A stretch of DNA of 64,000 nucleotides from Oscillospiraceae bacterium (GTDB lineage Bacteria; Bacillota; Clostridia; Oscillospirales; UBA929): the NCBI GenBank assembly GCA_009782475.1, contig WRIZ01000001.1, positions 42,020 to 106,019 of the forward strand. The letters are read 5' to 3'. Below, piece after piece: positions 1-9,937 of the stretch (its first letter is position 1; each line of letters opens with the position of its first letter). Both the position numbers and the translations under genes were made by a program. Below the pieces are notes generated by a model. It saw nothing but the letters and a program-made list of their open reading frames with translations, was not told where the DNA came from and searched no databases.

Positions 1-1
1 A

Positions 2-730
2 ACCCATCAGGCCGACCGGGGATACGTCGGCCATAAGGCCGCCAAAGTGATGAAGCGTTCCAAAGCGATTGAAAAGCGGCGGCAGGACGCCGTCGGGGAA
101 AAGTCCAAGCTGCTCAAAAACATCGAAAGCGCGGACGCGCTGAAACTTCACCCGCTGGCGTATCACACAAACCGCCTGTTCACACTGGACAATGTGACGG
201 TTAATTACGGCGGGCGGGATGTATTCAGTGGGGTCAGCCTGCAAATCGAGCGGGGCGAACGGGTGGCTCTGACCGGGGGCAACGGGTGCGGGAAGAGCAG
301 TTTGCTCAAATTGATGATCGGCGAAGACATCCCGCACACCGGAAAGGCGGACGCCGGCAGCAAGTTGGTCATATCCTATCTGCCGCAGGACGCATCCTCT
401 CTCTCGGGGGATTTGGATGGATACGCGGCAGGGCAAGGGATCGACGGCACATTGTTCAAAACCGTCCTGCGCAAACTCGATTTTTCCCGCACGCAGTTTG
501 ACAAAGATATGCAGGACTACAGCGCGGGGCAAAAGAAAAAAGTCCTGCTGGCACGCAGTTTGTGCCAGCAGGCGCATCTCTATATTTGGGACGAACCGCT
601 CAACTACATTGATGTACTTTCGCGGATGCAGATCGAAGAATTGATTTTGGCGTATAAGCCGACGCTGCTCTTCGTGGAACACGACCGGGCGTTCCGCGGG
701 AACATCGCCACCCGGACGGTCAATTTATAA
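2..730 (+). CDS. ABC-F family ATPase, C-terminal half (5' end outside window); Lsa/ARE-like ribosomal-protection subtype
   Basis: The frame is open to the window edge (GYVGHKAAKVMKRSKAIEKRR inter-domain linker). The second NBD has Walker A GGNGCGKSS, signature YSAGQKKK and Walker B LYIWDEPLNYID. There are no TM segments. Confidence 0.8.
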   Translation, partial: THQADRGYVGHKAAKVMKRSKAIEKRRQDAVGEKSKLLKNIESADALKLHPLAYHTNRLFTLDNVTVNYGGRDVFSGVSLQIERGERVALTGGNGCGKSSLLKLMIGEDIPHTGKADAGSKLVISYLPQDASSLSGDLDGYAAGQGIDGTLFKTVLRKLDFSRTQFDKDMQDYSAGQKKKVLLARSLCQQAHLYIWDEPLNYIDVLSRMQIEELILAYKPTLLFVEHDRAFRGNIATRTVNL

Positions 731-1607
731 ACACCTTTTCTATTTCGAAGAAGGTTTCCTCAGGGTAGCGTTCGAGCAGCCATAAAGGAACATTCACATC
801 CACACTGTCATCAACTCTATTTAACAGTATCGTCAAGGACTCGGCTCCAATACCTCTGTTTACCATCTTATCGCCATAATATAGAGCCACATAGTAAGGG
901 GAAACAAATATTTCCTCCAGCACAACGTCATCGACTACATTCGCAAAATCGTAATACCATGTCAATTCCTCAAAGTTTTCATAGGCGTTTTTCACATTTT
1001 TCGCGGCATCGTAAAACGCTTCTCTTGAATCATGCCTCGCCGTTTCGGATTCCGGCGGCGACGGCATGAGGGCGTCGGGGGCGGGCGCACCGCCTGAACC
1101 CTCCGGCCTTCCTCTGTCTTCATTTTCAGCGGGCGGGGCTTCCTGCGGGGCATTTCCGCCGTCACCTTGCCCGCCGGTGCCGAATATACTGCTTGACAAG
1201 TCATTGGGTTCTCCGTTTTCCGGTTCGGCTTTACCGGCGTCCGCCATCTCCAAGAGGGCTTTGGATTCATCTGCCTTATCACTGTTATAAATCGTCAGAA
1301 TGTTCATCGTCCGGGTGATCAGCAGCACGGCGGCAACGCAGGCCGCGACGGCGAACAGGCTCCGCAAAACCCTGCTCTTGCGGGGCGGGTCGTCCCCCAA
1401 GCTCATTTTATAAACGACTCCCCGGGCGAGGGTGTCGGGCGGTTCAACTTCCATGGCTTGAAACCCGTCTTGCATGGCTGTCAAATCTTCATACAACGCC
1501 CCGCAGGACGGGCATTCTTTGAGGTGTTCGCGCAGACGGGCAGCGTCAGGCAACGGCAGTTCGCCGTCGATAAACGCAACGATGGCTTCTATATCACAGC
1601 GTTCCAT
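720..1607 (-). CDS. Anti-sigma factor, zf-HC2 type, single-pass membrane protein
   Basis: N-terminal HLKECPSCGALYEDL zinc-finger motif and a central TM segment (LFAVAACVAAVLLI). The start overlaps the stop of the upstream ECF sigma gene by 14 nt. Confidence 0.75.
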   Translation of the reverse strand: MERCDIEAIVAFIDGELPLPDAARLREHLKECPSCGALYEDLTAMQDGFQAMEVEPPDTLARGVVYKMSLGDDPPRKSRVLRSLFAVAACVAAVLLITRTMNILTIYNSDKADESKALLEMADAGKAEPENGEPNDLSSSIFGTGGQGDGGNAPQEAPPAENEDRGRPEGSGGAPAPDALMPSPPESETARHDSREAFYDAAKNVKNAYENFEELTWYYDFANVVDDVVLEEIFVSPYYVALYYGDKMVNRGIGAESLTILLNRVDDSVDVNVPLWLLERYPEETFFEIEKVFIN

Positions 1608-2157
1608 GTCCGCCCGCCTCCTTTCTACCTTGTTTAGACGCGTTTTGAGCGGGTTTGTTCCCGTCTCTGATCAAAATGTCGCGCAAGGCTAGCCGGGCGC
1701 GAGCCAAACGGCTTTTCACCGTGCCTTCCTCCAGCCCCAGCATCCCGGCGATCTCCGCGTACGACAATTCCGCCGTTTCGCGCAGCACCACGATCTCCCG
1801 GTGTTCGGGCGAGAGCTGTTTCAACGCCTGCTCTAAAGATCGCGCCAGCTCTTTGCGTTCGAGCGCGATAGACGGCTCAAACCGCGTATCCGGCAGCGGC
1901 AAGTCAACATCATCCAGCGAAACCGGCTCGCCGCGCCGGGCTTTCTTGCGTGTGAAATCGGCGCAGGCGTTGACGGCTAGACGGTAGAGCCATGTATAGA
2001 TGGCCGAGTCGCCGCGGAAATCCTCAAAACCGCGCCACGCTTTGAGAAAAACCTCTTGCGACAGGTCAAAGGCGTCGTCGGGATTACCGCAGAGGCGCAG
2101 GCAAATATTATAAACGCGTTTTTGATGGGTTATGACGATTTGGTCAAACTGTTCCAT
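1594..2157 (-). CDS. ECF-type RNA polymerase sigma-70 family factor
   Basis: Region 2 (DLSQEVFLKAW, YTWLYRLAVN) and region 4 HTH (LSYAEIAGMLGLEEGTVKSRLARAR). Paired with the downstream anti-sigma gene. Confidence 0.9.
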   Translation of the reverse strand: MEQFDQIVITHQKRVYNICLRLCGNPDDAFDLSQEVFLKAWRGFEDFRGDSAIYTWLYRLAVNACADFTRKKARRGEPVSLDDVDLPLPDTRFEPSIALERKELARSLEQALKQLSPEHREIVVLRETAELSYAEIAGMLGLEEGTVKSRLARARLALRDILIRDGNKPAQNASKQGRKEAGGHGTL

Positions 2158-3064
2158 CCCGCTCCTCCCTTAACCGTTTGATACAGCGGTCAAAATCCGC
2201 CGCTGTTGCGATGGACGAAATCTCCCTCTTATAATACGACGCGCAATGGAAACCACGAATATACCAACCCAAGTGCTTGCGCATTTCCAAACAGGCAACA
2301 CGCTCGCCCTTATCCTCCGTCAACAAACCGAAATGCCGCCCGGCTTTTTCCAAACGGCGGGCAACCGCCGGCTCCTCCCCGGTGAAAACAAAGGGGTTGC
2401 CCATCGCCGCCCGACCGATCATACCCGCCGCCGCCCCGGTGATGTTCAAGCATCTCTCCAAGTCGCGCAGAGAGAAAATATCGCCGTTGGCCGTGATTGG
2501 GACAGAGACGGCCTTGACCACCTCGGCGATGGCATACCAGTCGGCGTGCCCGGAATACATCTGCTTGCGCGTCCGCCCGTGGACGCAGAGGCCGGACACG
2601 CCCGCCCCTTCCAGCCGTTTGGCCAGTTCGGCGGCGTTTTTGCTGCCGCTGTCCCAGCCCAGCCGCATTTTGACAGTCACCGGGACTTTGACCGCGCCGA
2701 CGACTGCTTTCGCAATAGCTTCCGCCAAGTCCGGGGTTTGCATCAGGGCGCAGCCGTCGCCGTTTTTCACGATCTTCGGTGTGGGGCAGCCCATGTTGAT
2801 GTTGATTTCCGCCGCGCCGGAGATGTCCAACGCCCGCAGCGCGCCTTCGGCCATGCAGCCGGGATCGCTTCCGAAAATCTGCACCGTTTCGTCTTTGGAA
2901 ACGAGGCGCAGCAGCCCTAATGATTTTTTATCCTGATAACACAGGGCTTTGGCCGACACCATCTCGGTTGTTGTCTGCACATCGGCCGTTTCCTTACAAA
3001 TGGTGCGGAACGCCCAGTCGGTGACGCCTGCCATCGGCGCGAGCGCAACTCTCATTTCGCCCAA
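2144..3064 (-). CDS. dus: tRNA-dihydrouridine synthase
   Basis: LAPMAGVTDWAFR N-terminus, NMGCP and VHGRT motifs typical of the Dus TIM-barrel flavoenzyme; 306 aa. Confidence 0.9.
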   Translation of the reverse strand: MGEMRVALAPMAGVTDWAFRTICKETADVQTTTEMVSAKALCYQDKKSLGLLRLVSKDETVQIFGSDPGCMAEGALRALDISGAAEININMGCPTPKIVKNGDGCALMQTPDLAEAIAKAVVGAVKVPVTVKMRLGWDSGSKNAAELAKRLEGAGVSGLCVHGRTRKQMYSGHADWYAIAEVVKAVSVPITANGDIFSLRDLERCLNITGAAAGMIGRAAMGNPFVFTGEEPAVARRLEKAGRHFGLLTEDKGERVACLEMRKHLGWYIRGFHCASYYKREISSIATAADFDRCIKRLREERDGTV

Positions 3065-3774
3065 AAAACCACCCGCTCATCGCCTTGATCAGGCGGTTTC
3101 CCCTCCATCATCCCATACCGCCGGACGGTTTGAAACCCCGCTTCTTTCAAGGCTTCCTCCGCATAGTCCAACTCATACGCCCGCTCGGTGTGCACTTCGT
3201 CATACCGCCGCCACAACCCGCCGTCCTCACGGGCAAAGAGGGTTATATCCTGACGGATCAAGGGCGAATGCCACAAACAATGCCACACGCAATAGACGTC
3301 TTCGGCGTCCGCCATGAAAACCGCGCCGTTCCGGGCCGCCAGCGCGTCAGGGGTAAGCAGGTCGAAGACAAAAACGCCGCCCGGCTCTAAAAAAAGGCGC
3401 ACCCGTTCCAGGGTTTTGCAAAACTGTTTGGGGGTTTCCAAATAATTGAGGGCATCCAGCGTGCAGAACGCCGCCTCGACTGTGCCGTATAAGTCCAATT
3501 CCACTATATCTTGATGCAAGAATAACGCGCCGCAACCGCGCCCCTGCGCAACGGACAACATTTCAACCGAGTTGTCCACCGCCACCACATCACAGCCGCG
3601 CTCGCACAACGCTTCGGCCAGCCGCCCGGTTCCGCAGGCGAGGTCGAGCACCCGGCGCGGACGGCGGTCATCTTCCGAGCCGCCCGCCAGCCTGAGCAAG
3701 TAATCGGCATATCCGCCGTAATCCAAGTTGCGCATCAGCGCGTCATAGTGAGGCGCGAGGTGTTCGTAAGGCAT
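3052..3774 (-). CDS. Class I SAM-dependent methyltransferase
   Basis: Motif I VLDLACGTGRL and post-I DVVAVDNS. Start chosen at the internal ATG (MPYEHL) preceded by AGGAG 8 nt upstream. The ORF track extends to 3840. Confidence 0.8.
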   Translation of the reverse strand: MPYEHLAPHYDALMRNLDYGGYADYLLRLAGGSEDDRRPRRVLDLACGTGRLAEALCERGCDVVAVDNSVEMLSVAQGRGCGALFLHQDIVELDLYGTVEAAFCTLDALNYLETPKQFCKTLERVRLFLEPGGVFVFDLLTPDALAARNGAVFMADAEDVYCVWHCLWHSPLIRQDITLFAREDGGLWRRYDEVHTERAYELDYAEEALKEAGFQTVRRYGMMEGKPPDQGDERVVFWAK

Positions 3775-3788
3775 GGGGGATTCTCCTG

Positions 3789-3817
3789 TTGACAATATAT
3801 ATTCTCTTTGATATAAT
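3789..3817 (+). promoter_or_regulatory. Consensus sigma-A-type promoter driving a short plus-strand transcript
   Basis: TTGACA (3789-3794), 17-nt spacer, TATAAT (3812-3817), with an upstream TGn extended -10 (TGATATAAT). It points away from the methyltransferase gene. Confidence 0.65.
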
Positions 3818-3823
3818 ACTGGT

Positions 3824-3915
3824 AGATAACGAGGCGTCACCGATAAACGGTCAGCCTTAGTTAAACGGTGAAAATGACCGCCATCCCTTGGCTAGAGGGG
3901 CGGTCATTTTTCTTT
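3824..3915 (+). ncRNA. Candidate ~90-nt small RNA (putative antitoxin/antisense RNA)
   Basis: Bounded by the perfect promoter at 3789-3817 and the hairpin plus TTTTTCTTT terminator at 3874-3915. No convincing ORF or SD inside. The 3' part is antisense to the end of the 24-aa ORF. Confidence 0.4.
3874..3915. terminator. Bidirectional intrinsic terminator
   Basis: Stem ATGACCGCC (3874-3882) / GGCGGTCAT (3899-3907) plus an inner 3-bp extension. T5CT3 follows on the plus strand and TTTT on the minus strand. Confidence 0.7.
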
Positions 3916-3978
3916 GACTTCACGGATTATGTACAACACCAGCACAAATACCAGCACTGTAAATGCTCCTTCTATCAT
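3904..3978 (-). CDS. 24-aa hydrophobic peptide MIEGAFTVLVFVLVLYIIREVKEK (type I toxin-like)
   Basis: I translated this by hand, since it is below the ORF-track length cut-off. GGAGG sits 7 nt upstream of the ATG. The peptide is a single TM-like core with a charged tail, and the stop codon lies inside the terminator hairpin. Confidence 0.45.
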   Translation of the reverse strand: MIEGAFTVLVFVLVLYIIREVKEK

Positions 3979-3985
3979 GGCCTCA

Positions 3986-3999
3986 CCTCCTCTCGGAGG
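3986..3999 (-). promoter_or_regulatory. SD-sequestering hairpin in the 5' UTR of the small ORF
   Basis: The minus-strand RNA reads CCUCC-GAGA-GGAGG, and the 3' arm is the Shine-Dalgarno of the 24-aa ORF. Confidence 0.5.
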
Positions 4000-4039
4000 A
4001 TTGGCTAACCGCCTACCGTATAGGCAACGCCTCATGCGT

Positions 4040-4068
4040 ATTGTAGCGTACGAGACGCATTTTGTCAA
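4040..4068 (-). promoter_or_regulatory. Sigma-A-type promoter for the small-ORF transcript
   Basis: The minus strand reads TTGACA (4068-4063), 17-nt spacer, TACAAT (4045-4040). Confidence 0.6.
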
Positions 4069-4119
4069 TTCTTGCAAAATTAAATATCAGAAAAAGTCTT
4101 TTACTTAATATCTCCTTAA

Positions 4120-4971
4120 TTACTCGTCTGTTTCACCAAAATCATTTATATCCTCGATGACAATATCCGAAAAATCAATATCTATAATATCATTATTGCC
4201 ATCGTTATCATGAGGCTTTTTATATAAATCAACATTCGCCATAGGCAAAGTTGCTAGGTATCTCTGAAGTTGCTTTGCCATAGGTCTAAACCCGACGAAG
4301 GTAATAACTCCAGAAACCCCCGCTCCTAAAAGAGGGATTATTTTCCCAACACTCTTCGCGAATATTCCTCTAGTCATTCTTATGCCTATTAGTTTTGCTA
4401 TTTTTTTCACAATAGGATATATAGCTCCTTGGGTCAACGCCTTGCGGGCTAATGTCTTCTCTGCTTGTATTGCCATAGATTTTGCAATTTTTGCAATTAC
4501 GGCATTAGCAGCATTCACTCCAAACATAACACCAATAAATAAAGTGAGTTGAACAGATGTTTCGTCATCAAGCCCCTCTTTGTCGCAGTGGAATATTTCC
4601 TGCCAGCCGTAAAGGTAAGCAAGTTTTTGAAGAACCCTAACAATATGCCCGAAAAACTGAGCTATGTCCGCAGGAATGAAGGCCGCCATTGCCAAACCCC
4701 CCGGTATGCCTGTGACGGCAGATATGGCGGTTACTTTTGCTGTTTCATAATTGATGCATGCTTTTGCGATTTGCTCAAGATTCTTAACGCTTATCCCTGC
4801 TTGTGCGGGATTCGTTTCAATAGCCTTTTCGATAACTTTGTCCTCAAAATACCTTGATAGTTCTTTACGCAAGAAACTCTCCCGGTTGATCTTTATCCCT
4901 GGCAACTCCATTGCTGAATGAAGAACCATTTCAAATTTGCTGTTCTTAGCGGTGGCTTCTTGTGTTGGCAT
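4120..4971 (-). CDS. EcsC family protein
   Basis: Pattern TGIPGGLAMAAFIPADIAQFFGHIVRVLQKLAYLYGW matches the EcsC core (G..G...DI.....lr.iq.la..YG). The gene is AT-rich relative to its neighbours and has a strong GAGGAGG RBS. Confidence 0.6.
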   Translation of the reverse strand: MPTQEATAKNSKFEMVLHSAMELPGIKINRESFLRKELSRYFEDKVIEKAIETNPAQAGISVKNLEQIAKACINYETAKVTAISAVTGIPGGLAMAAFIPADIAQFFGHIVRVLQKLAYLYGWQEIFHCDKEGLDDETSVQLTLFIGVMFGVNAANAVIAKIAKSMAIQAEKTLARKALTQGAIYPIVKKIAKLIGIRMTRGIFAKSVGKIIPLLGAGVSGVITFVGFRPMAKQLQRYLATLPMANVDLYKKPHDNDGNNDIIDIDFSDIVIEDINDFGETDE

Positions 4972-4983
4972 AATATTTCCTCC

Positions 4984-5655
4984 TCATAGCCTATTCCCGC
5001 TTCCCAAACAGTTTGGGCAGACGGTGCGGCAGGTGTGGCATTTGAAGGTGAACTCTTCCCCCGGTTCGGTGTGAAAGGCGTGGGCGAAGCAGTCTCCCTG
5101 CTTCATTTCGGGATTGCCCAAAGCCTTGACGGGGCAGCTGTCGATACAGAGCGAACACCCCTCGGGGCAGGGGTCTCCGGCCAGCATGTCGTCCGGTTCC
5201 AGCCCGGCGTCGGTCAGCACCGCGTTCAGCCAAACCATGTTGCCGAACTCCGGCGTGACCAGCAGTGTGTTTTTCCCGATCCGGCCCAATCCGGCGGCGG
5301 CCGCGCTGTGCTTGGCCGACACCGCCCCGCGCCACCTGCCGGTTTTTGTATCTTCCCGCGTCGGGCTGATCGTCCCGGTGGGGACGGCGGTGACGCCCGC
5401 CTCTTCCATTTTGGCGCAGAATCGGACGGATAAAATGTCCAGTTCGGTGCTTAACGTGTTCCGGGTCACGGTGTAAGGGACGGTTGTTTCACAGCGGATT
5501 GTCCCGGCGGGAAACCGCTTGGCCAGCACGACGACCGTTTTACACGACGGCAGAATGTCGCAGGGGTGAAACCCCTCCGGCGCGCCGCCGAAGCGGTCTA
5601 TAGACGCGATGCCGCACAAATCCGCTCCCAAACCGAGAGCGATCTGTTTGACCAT
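4984..5655 (-). CDS. 4Fe-4S cluster protein, epoxyqueuosine-reductase/reductive-dehalogenase-like
   Basis: C-terminal ferredoxin motifs (CSLCIDSCP ... CHTCRTVCP) and an N-terminal DLCGIASIDRF typical of the QueG-like family. The start is 1 nt after the upstream stop. Confidence 0.6.
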   Translation of the reverse strand: MVKQIALGLGADLCGIASIDRFGGAPEGFHPCDILPSCKTVVVLAKRFPAGTIRCETTVPYTVTRNTLSTELDILSVRFCAKMEEAGVTAVPTGTISPTREDTKTGRWRGAVSAKHSAAAAGLGRIGKNTLLVTPEFGNMVWLNAVLTDAGLEPDDMLAGDPCPEGCSLCIDSCPVKALGNPEMKQGDCFAHAFHTEPGEEFTFKCHTCRTVCPNCLGSGNRL

Positions 5656-5656
5656 G

Positions 5657-6190
5657 TCAGCGTTCACAACGCATTCCCCATTCCTCCGCGAGCAAGCCGT
5701 ATTCATATGTATCGAGCCAAATCGGGTTCCCGGCTTGGTCTTTCTTAAAATAGATGTTCTTGATCAAATGCCCTTCCCTGCGCAGCCCCAGCCGTTCCAG
5801 CAGACGCCATGAAGGCATGTTCAGCGGGTTGCACATGGCGATGACCCGGCGTGCGTTTTGATTTCTAAACACATCGTCCAGCACAGCCCGCGCCGCTTCT
5901 GTCGCGTATCCTTTTCGGTGATAGTTTTTGTTGAACACATAGCCCAGTTCCCATCTGTCAAAGTCCTGTTTTGCCAAATAGATATTGCCGATCAGCTTTC
6001 CGCCGTCTTTCAGGCATACCGCGCGGAACGCGCTGTCTTCCGCCCTTCTGACCGCTTCTTTCTTGCTGGCTTCCTCCGAAAAAGGGTCGTACGGTTCGTG
6101 CTTCATCACTTCTTCGTCGGATAAATACTCAAATAAATCCGGCCAGTCGTCAGGCGTGAAGGGTCTTATCCTTAACCGTTCCGTCTCCAT
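5657..6190 (-). CDS. GNAT family N-acetyltransferase (RimJ/RimL-like)
   Basis: METERLRIRPFTPDDW N-terminus and a HRKGYATEA acetyl-CoA loop. The start is 1 nt after the prfA stop. Confidence 0.85.
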   Translation of the reverse strand: METERLRIRPFTPDDWPDLFEYLSDEEVMKHEPYDPFSEEASKKEAVRRAEDSAFRAVCLKDGGKLIGNIYLAKQDFDRWELGYVFNKNYHRKGYATEAARAVLDDVFRNQNARRVIAMCNPLNMPSWRLLERLGLRREGHLIKNIYFKKDQAGNPIWLDTYEYGLLAEEWGMRCER

Positions 6191-6191
6191 T

Positions 6192-7259
6192 TTACTCCCC
6201 CGAACCGGCAAGCTGCGCGGCTTGGTCGGCCGCCGCGAGGGTATCGATCAGCTCGTCCAAGTCGCCGTCCATCACGCTTTGGATTTTATAGAGCGTCAGG
6301 TTGACGCGGTGGTCGGTGACCCGCCCCTGCGGGAAATTATAGGTGCGCACCCGCTCGCTGCGGTCGCCGCTGCCGACTTGGCTGCGCCGTTCACTCCCGC
6401 GCGCCTCGTCCAGCTCGCGCTGCTTTTTCTCATAGAGCTTGGCACGCAGCACCTTCATGGCTTTGTCCTTGTTTTTGTGCTGGCTGCGCTCATCCTGGCA
6501 TTCCACGGCGATCCCGGTGGGTTTGTGGACGATGCGGATGGCGCTCTCGGTTTTATTGACATGCTGACCGCCCGCCCCTCCGGCGCGGCAGGTGATGATG
6601 TCGAGGTCTTCTGGAACGATTTCTATATCGACTTCTTCCGCCTCCGGCAGCACCGCCACCGTCGCCGCCGACGTGTGCACCCGGCCTTGCGATTCGGTGT
6701 CGGGGACGCGCTGGACGCGGTGGGCTCCCGATTCGTATTTCAGGCGCGAATAAGCTCCGGCTCCCGCAATTTGCACTTGCAGCTCTTTCACGCCGCCCAG
6801 CTCGGTTTCGTTGGAGGATAGAATCTCGGTTTTCCAGCGGTTGCGCTCGGCGTACATCGAATACATCCGCCACAGCGCGGCGGCAAACAGCGCGGCTTCT
6901 TCGCCGCCTACCCCGCCGCGTATCTCCATGATGACGTTCTTCTGATCGTTTGGGTCGCGCGGGAGGAGGAGTTTTTTCAGTTCCTCCAGCAGTTGCTCCT
7001 TTTTCCCTTGCAACGCACCGCATTCTTCGTAGGCCATGGTTCGCACGTCGGGGTCTTCGTCTTCCAGCATGGCGCGGGCTTCCGTTTCCTGCGCCTCCGT
7101 TTGCAGGAGAGTGCGGTAAACCTCTGTCACCGGCGCGATCTCTTTCTGCTCGCGCAGCAGGGTTGTCATACGCTCCGGGTCGGTATAAACGTCAGGCTGC
7201 GCCAGCGACTCCTCGATTTCCGAAAATCGCCGCTCGATCTCTTTCAGTTTTTCCAGCAT
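6192..7259 (-). CDS. prfA: Peptide chain release factor 1
   Basis: 355 aa with the GGQ motif ([16 protein letters not shown]), [10 protein letters not shown] and [20 protein letters not shown]. It has its own ATG with AGGAG 7 nt upstream (7267-7271). Confidence 0.93.
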   Translation of the reverse strand: MLEKLKEIERRFSEIEESLAQPDVYTDPERMTTLLREQKEIAPVTEVYRTLLQTEAQETEARAMLEDEDPDVRTMAYEECGALQGKKEQLLEELKKLLLPRDPNDQKNVIMEIRGGVGGEEAALFAAALWRMYSMYAERNRWKTEILSSNETELGGVKELQVQIAGAGAYSRLKYESGAHRVQRVPDTESQGRVHTSAATVAVLPEAEEVDIEIVPEDLDIITCRAGGAGGQHVNKTESAIRIVHKPTGIAVECQDERSQHKNKDKAMKVLRAKLYEKKQRELDEARGSERRSQVGSGDRSERVRTYNFPQGRVTDHRVNLTLYKIQSVMDGDLDELIDTLAAADQAAQLAGSGE

Positions 7260-8990
<1,731 letters not shown>

Positions 8991-9002
8991 GGTATCCTTA
9001 CA

Positions 9003-9872
9003 TTACACGACTCTCTTTTTCCCCACAAAGAACAACGCCACAACGCCCGGGCCAACATGGGTTCCGATGGCGGCGGCCAGCGGGTTGACAATGGCGTTAT
9101 TGAAATTATAATACTTCTTGACCTCTTCGAGCACAAACTGCGCTTCGTCTTCGCAGTCGCCGTGGCAAATGGCGATGGTGTCGAGGTCTTTGGTGTCACA
9201 ATGCTGCCGCATTTCCTCCACCAAGCCCAGCAGAGAGGCCTTGCGCCCGCGTATTTTGCCGTGGTTGATCAATCGTCCGTCCAAACTGACGTGCAGGCGC
9301 GGCTTGATGCTGAGAACGGTTCCCATCAAAGCCGAAGCCCTTGACACCCGGCCGCCGCGGAAAAGGAACATCAAATCGTCAACAGTAAAACGGTGGTGGA
9401 AATAGAGCATGTTTTCCTGAACCCATTCGCACAAGGCGTCGAACCCCAGCCCCGCGTCGCGCTGCTTGACTGTTTCGTGAACCAGCAGTCCCAATCCTAA
9501 AGAAACCGCGCTCGTCTGCGGGACGCAGATCGTTCTGCCGGGGTATTTTTCCTTCAGCTGGTCGCGGACACGGCAAGCGCTCTCGTGCGAGCCGCTCAAC
9601 CCGGCCGTCAGCCCGAGATAAAGGATGTCTTTGCCTTCTTTGACAATGGGTTCAAAAACCTCTAAGTATTGATATTCCGAGTATTGGGATGTTTTGAAAA
9701 CCACGCCGTCCCGCATTTTCTGATAAAACGTCTTGGCGTCCATCGAGCCGTCGTCTACATAAATCTCATTGTCGCCCATTGTCACCTGCATGGGGACGAA
9801 CCGGAGGTCATTCTCCTTATAATAATCCCACGGCAGGTCGGTGCTGGAATCGGTATACAATACATAGCTCAT
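9003..9872 (-). CDS. DegV family fatty-acid-binding protein
   Basis: MSYVLYTDSSTDLP start, TSQ and GLSGS motifs, about 290 aa. Confidence 0.88.
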   Translation of the reverse strand: MSYVLYTDSSTDLPWDYYKENDLRFVPMQVTMGDNEIYVDDGSMDAKTFYQKMRDGVVFKTSQYSEYQYLEVFEPIVKEGKDILYLGLTAGLSGSHESACRVRDQLKEKYPGRTICVPQTSAVSLGLGLLVHETVKQRDAGLGFDALCEWVQENMLYFHHRFTVDDLMFLFRGGRVSRASALMGTVLSIKPRLHVSLDGRLINHGKIRGRKASLLGLVEEMRQHCDTKDLDTIAICHGDCEDEAQFVLEEVKKYYNFNNAIVNPLAAAIGTHVGPGVVALFFVGKKRVV

Positions 9873-9937
9873 CGGCCAAGCTCCTTCCACTCATTCGTTT
9901 CGGCTATTATACCGTATAACTTCAGCGGTTGCAATCC

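Noticed and set aside
2246-2920. Long antisense ORFs opposite well-supported genes. Examples: 2246-2920 and 2277-2936 vs dus, 11537-12850 vs the GHL10 gene, 30960-32042 vs purH, 32651-33457 vs the methyltransferase, 37258-38250 vs purL, 42569-43369 vs yitT, 57829-58779 vs purM, and 60247-61068.
   Set aside because: These are shadow ORFs, typical of high-GC DNA. Their translations are Arg/Gly/Pro/Ala-rich with no motifs, while the opposite strand has clear family signatures.
3874-4005. A 43-aa plus-strand ORF (MTAIPWLEGRSFFF...) starting in the terminator hairpin, and the track ORF 3914-4108 (64 aa).
   Set aside because: Neither has a usable SD at proper spacing. Both run antisense through the small-peptide locus and its promoter, and their composition looks non-coding.
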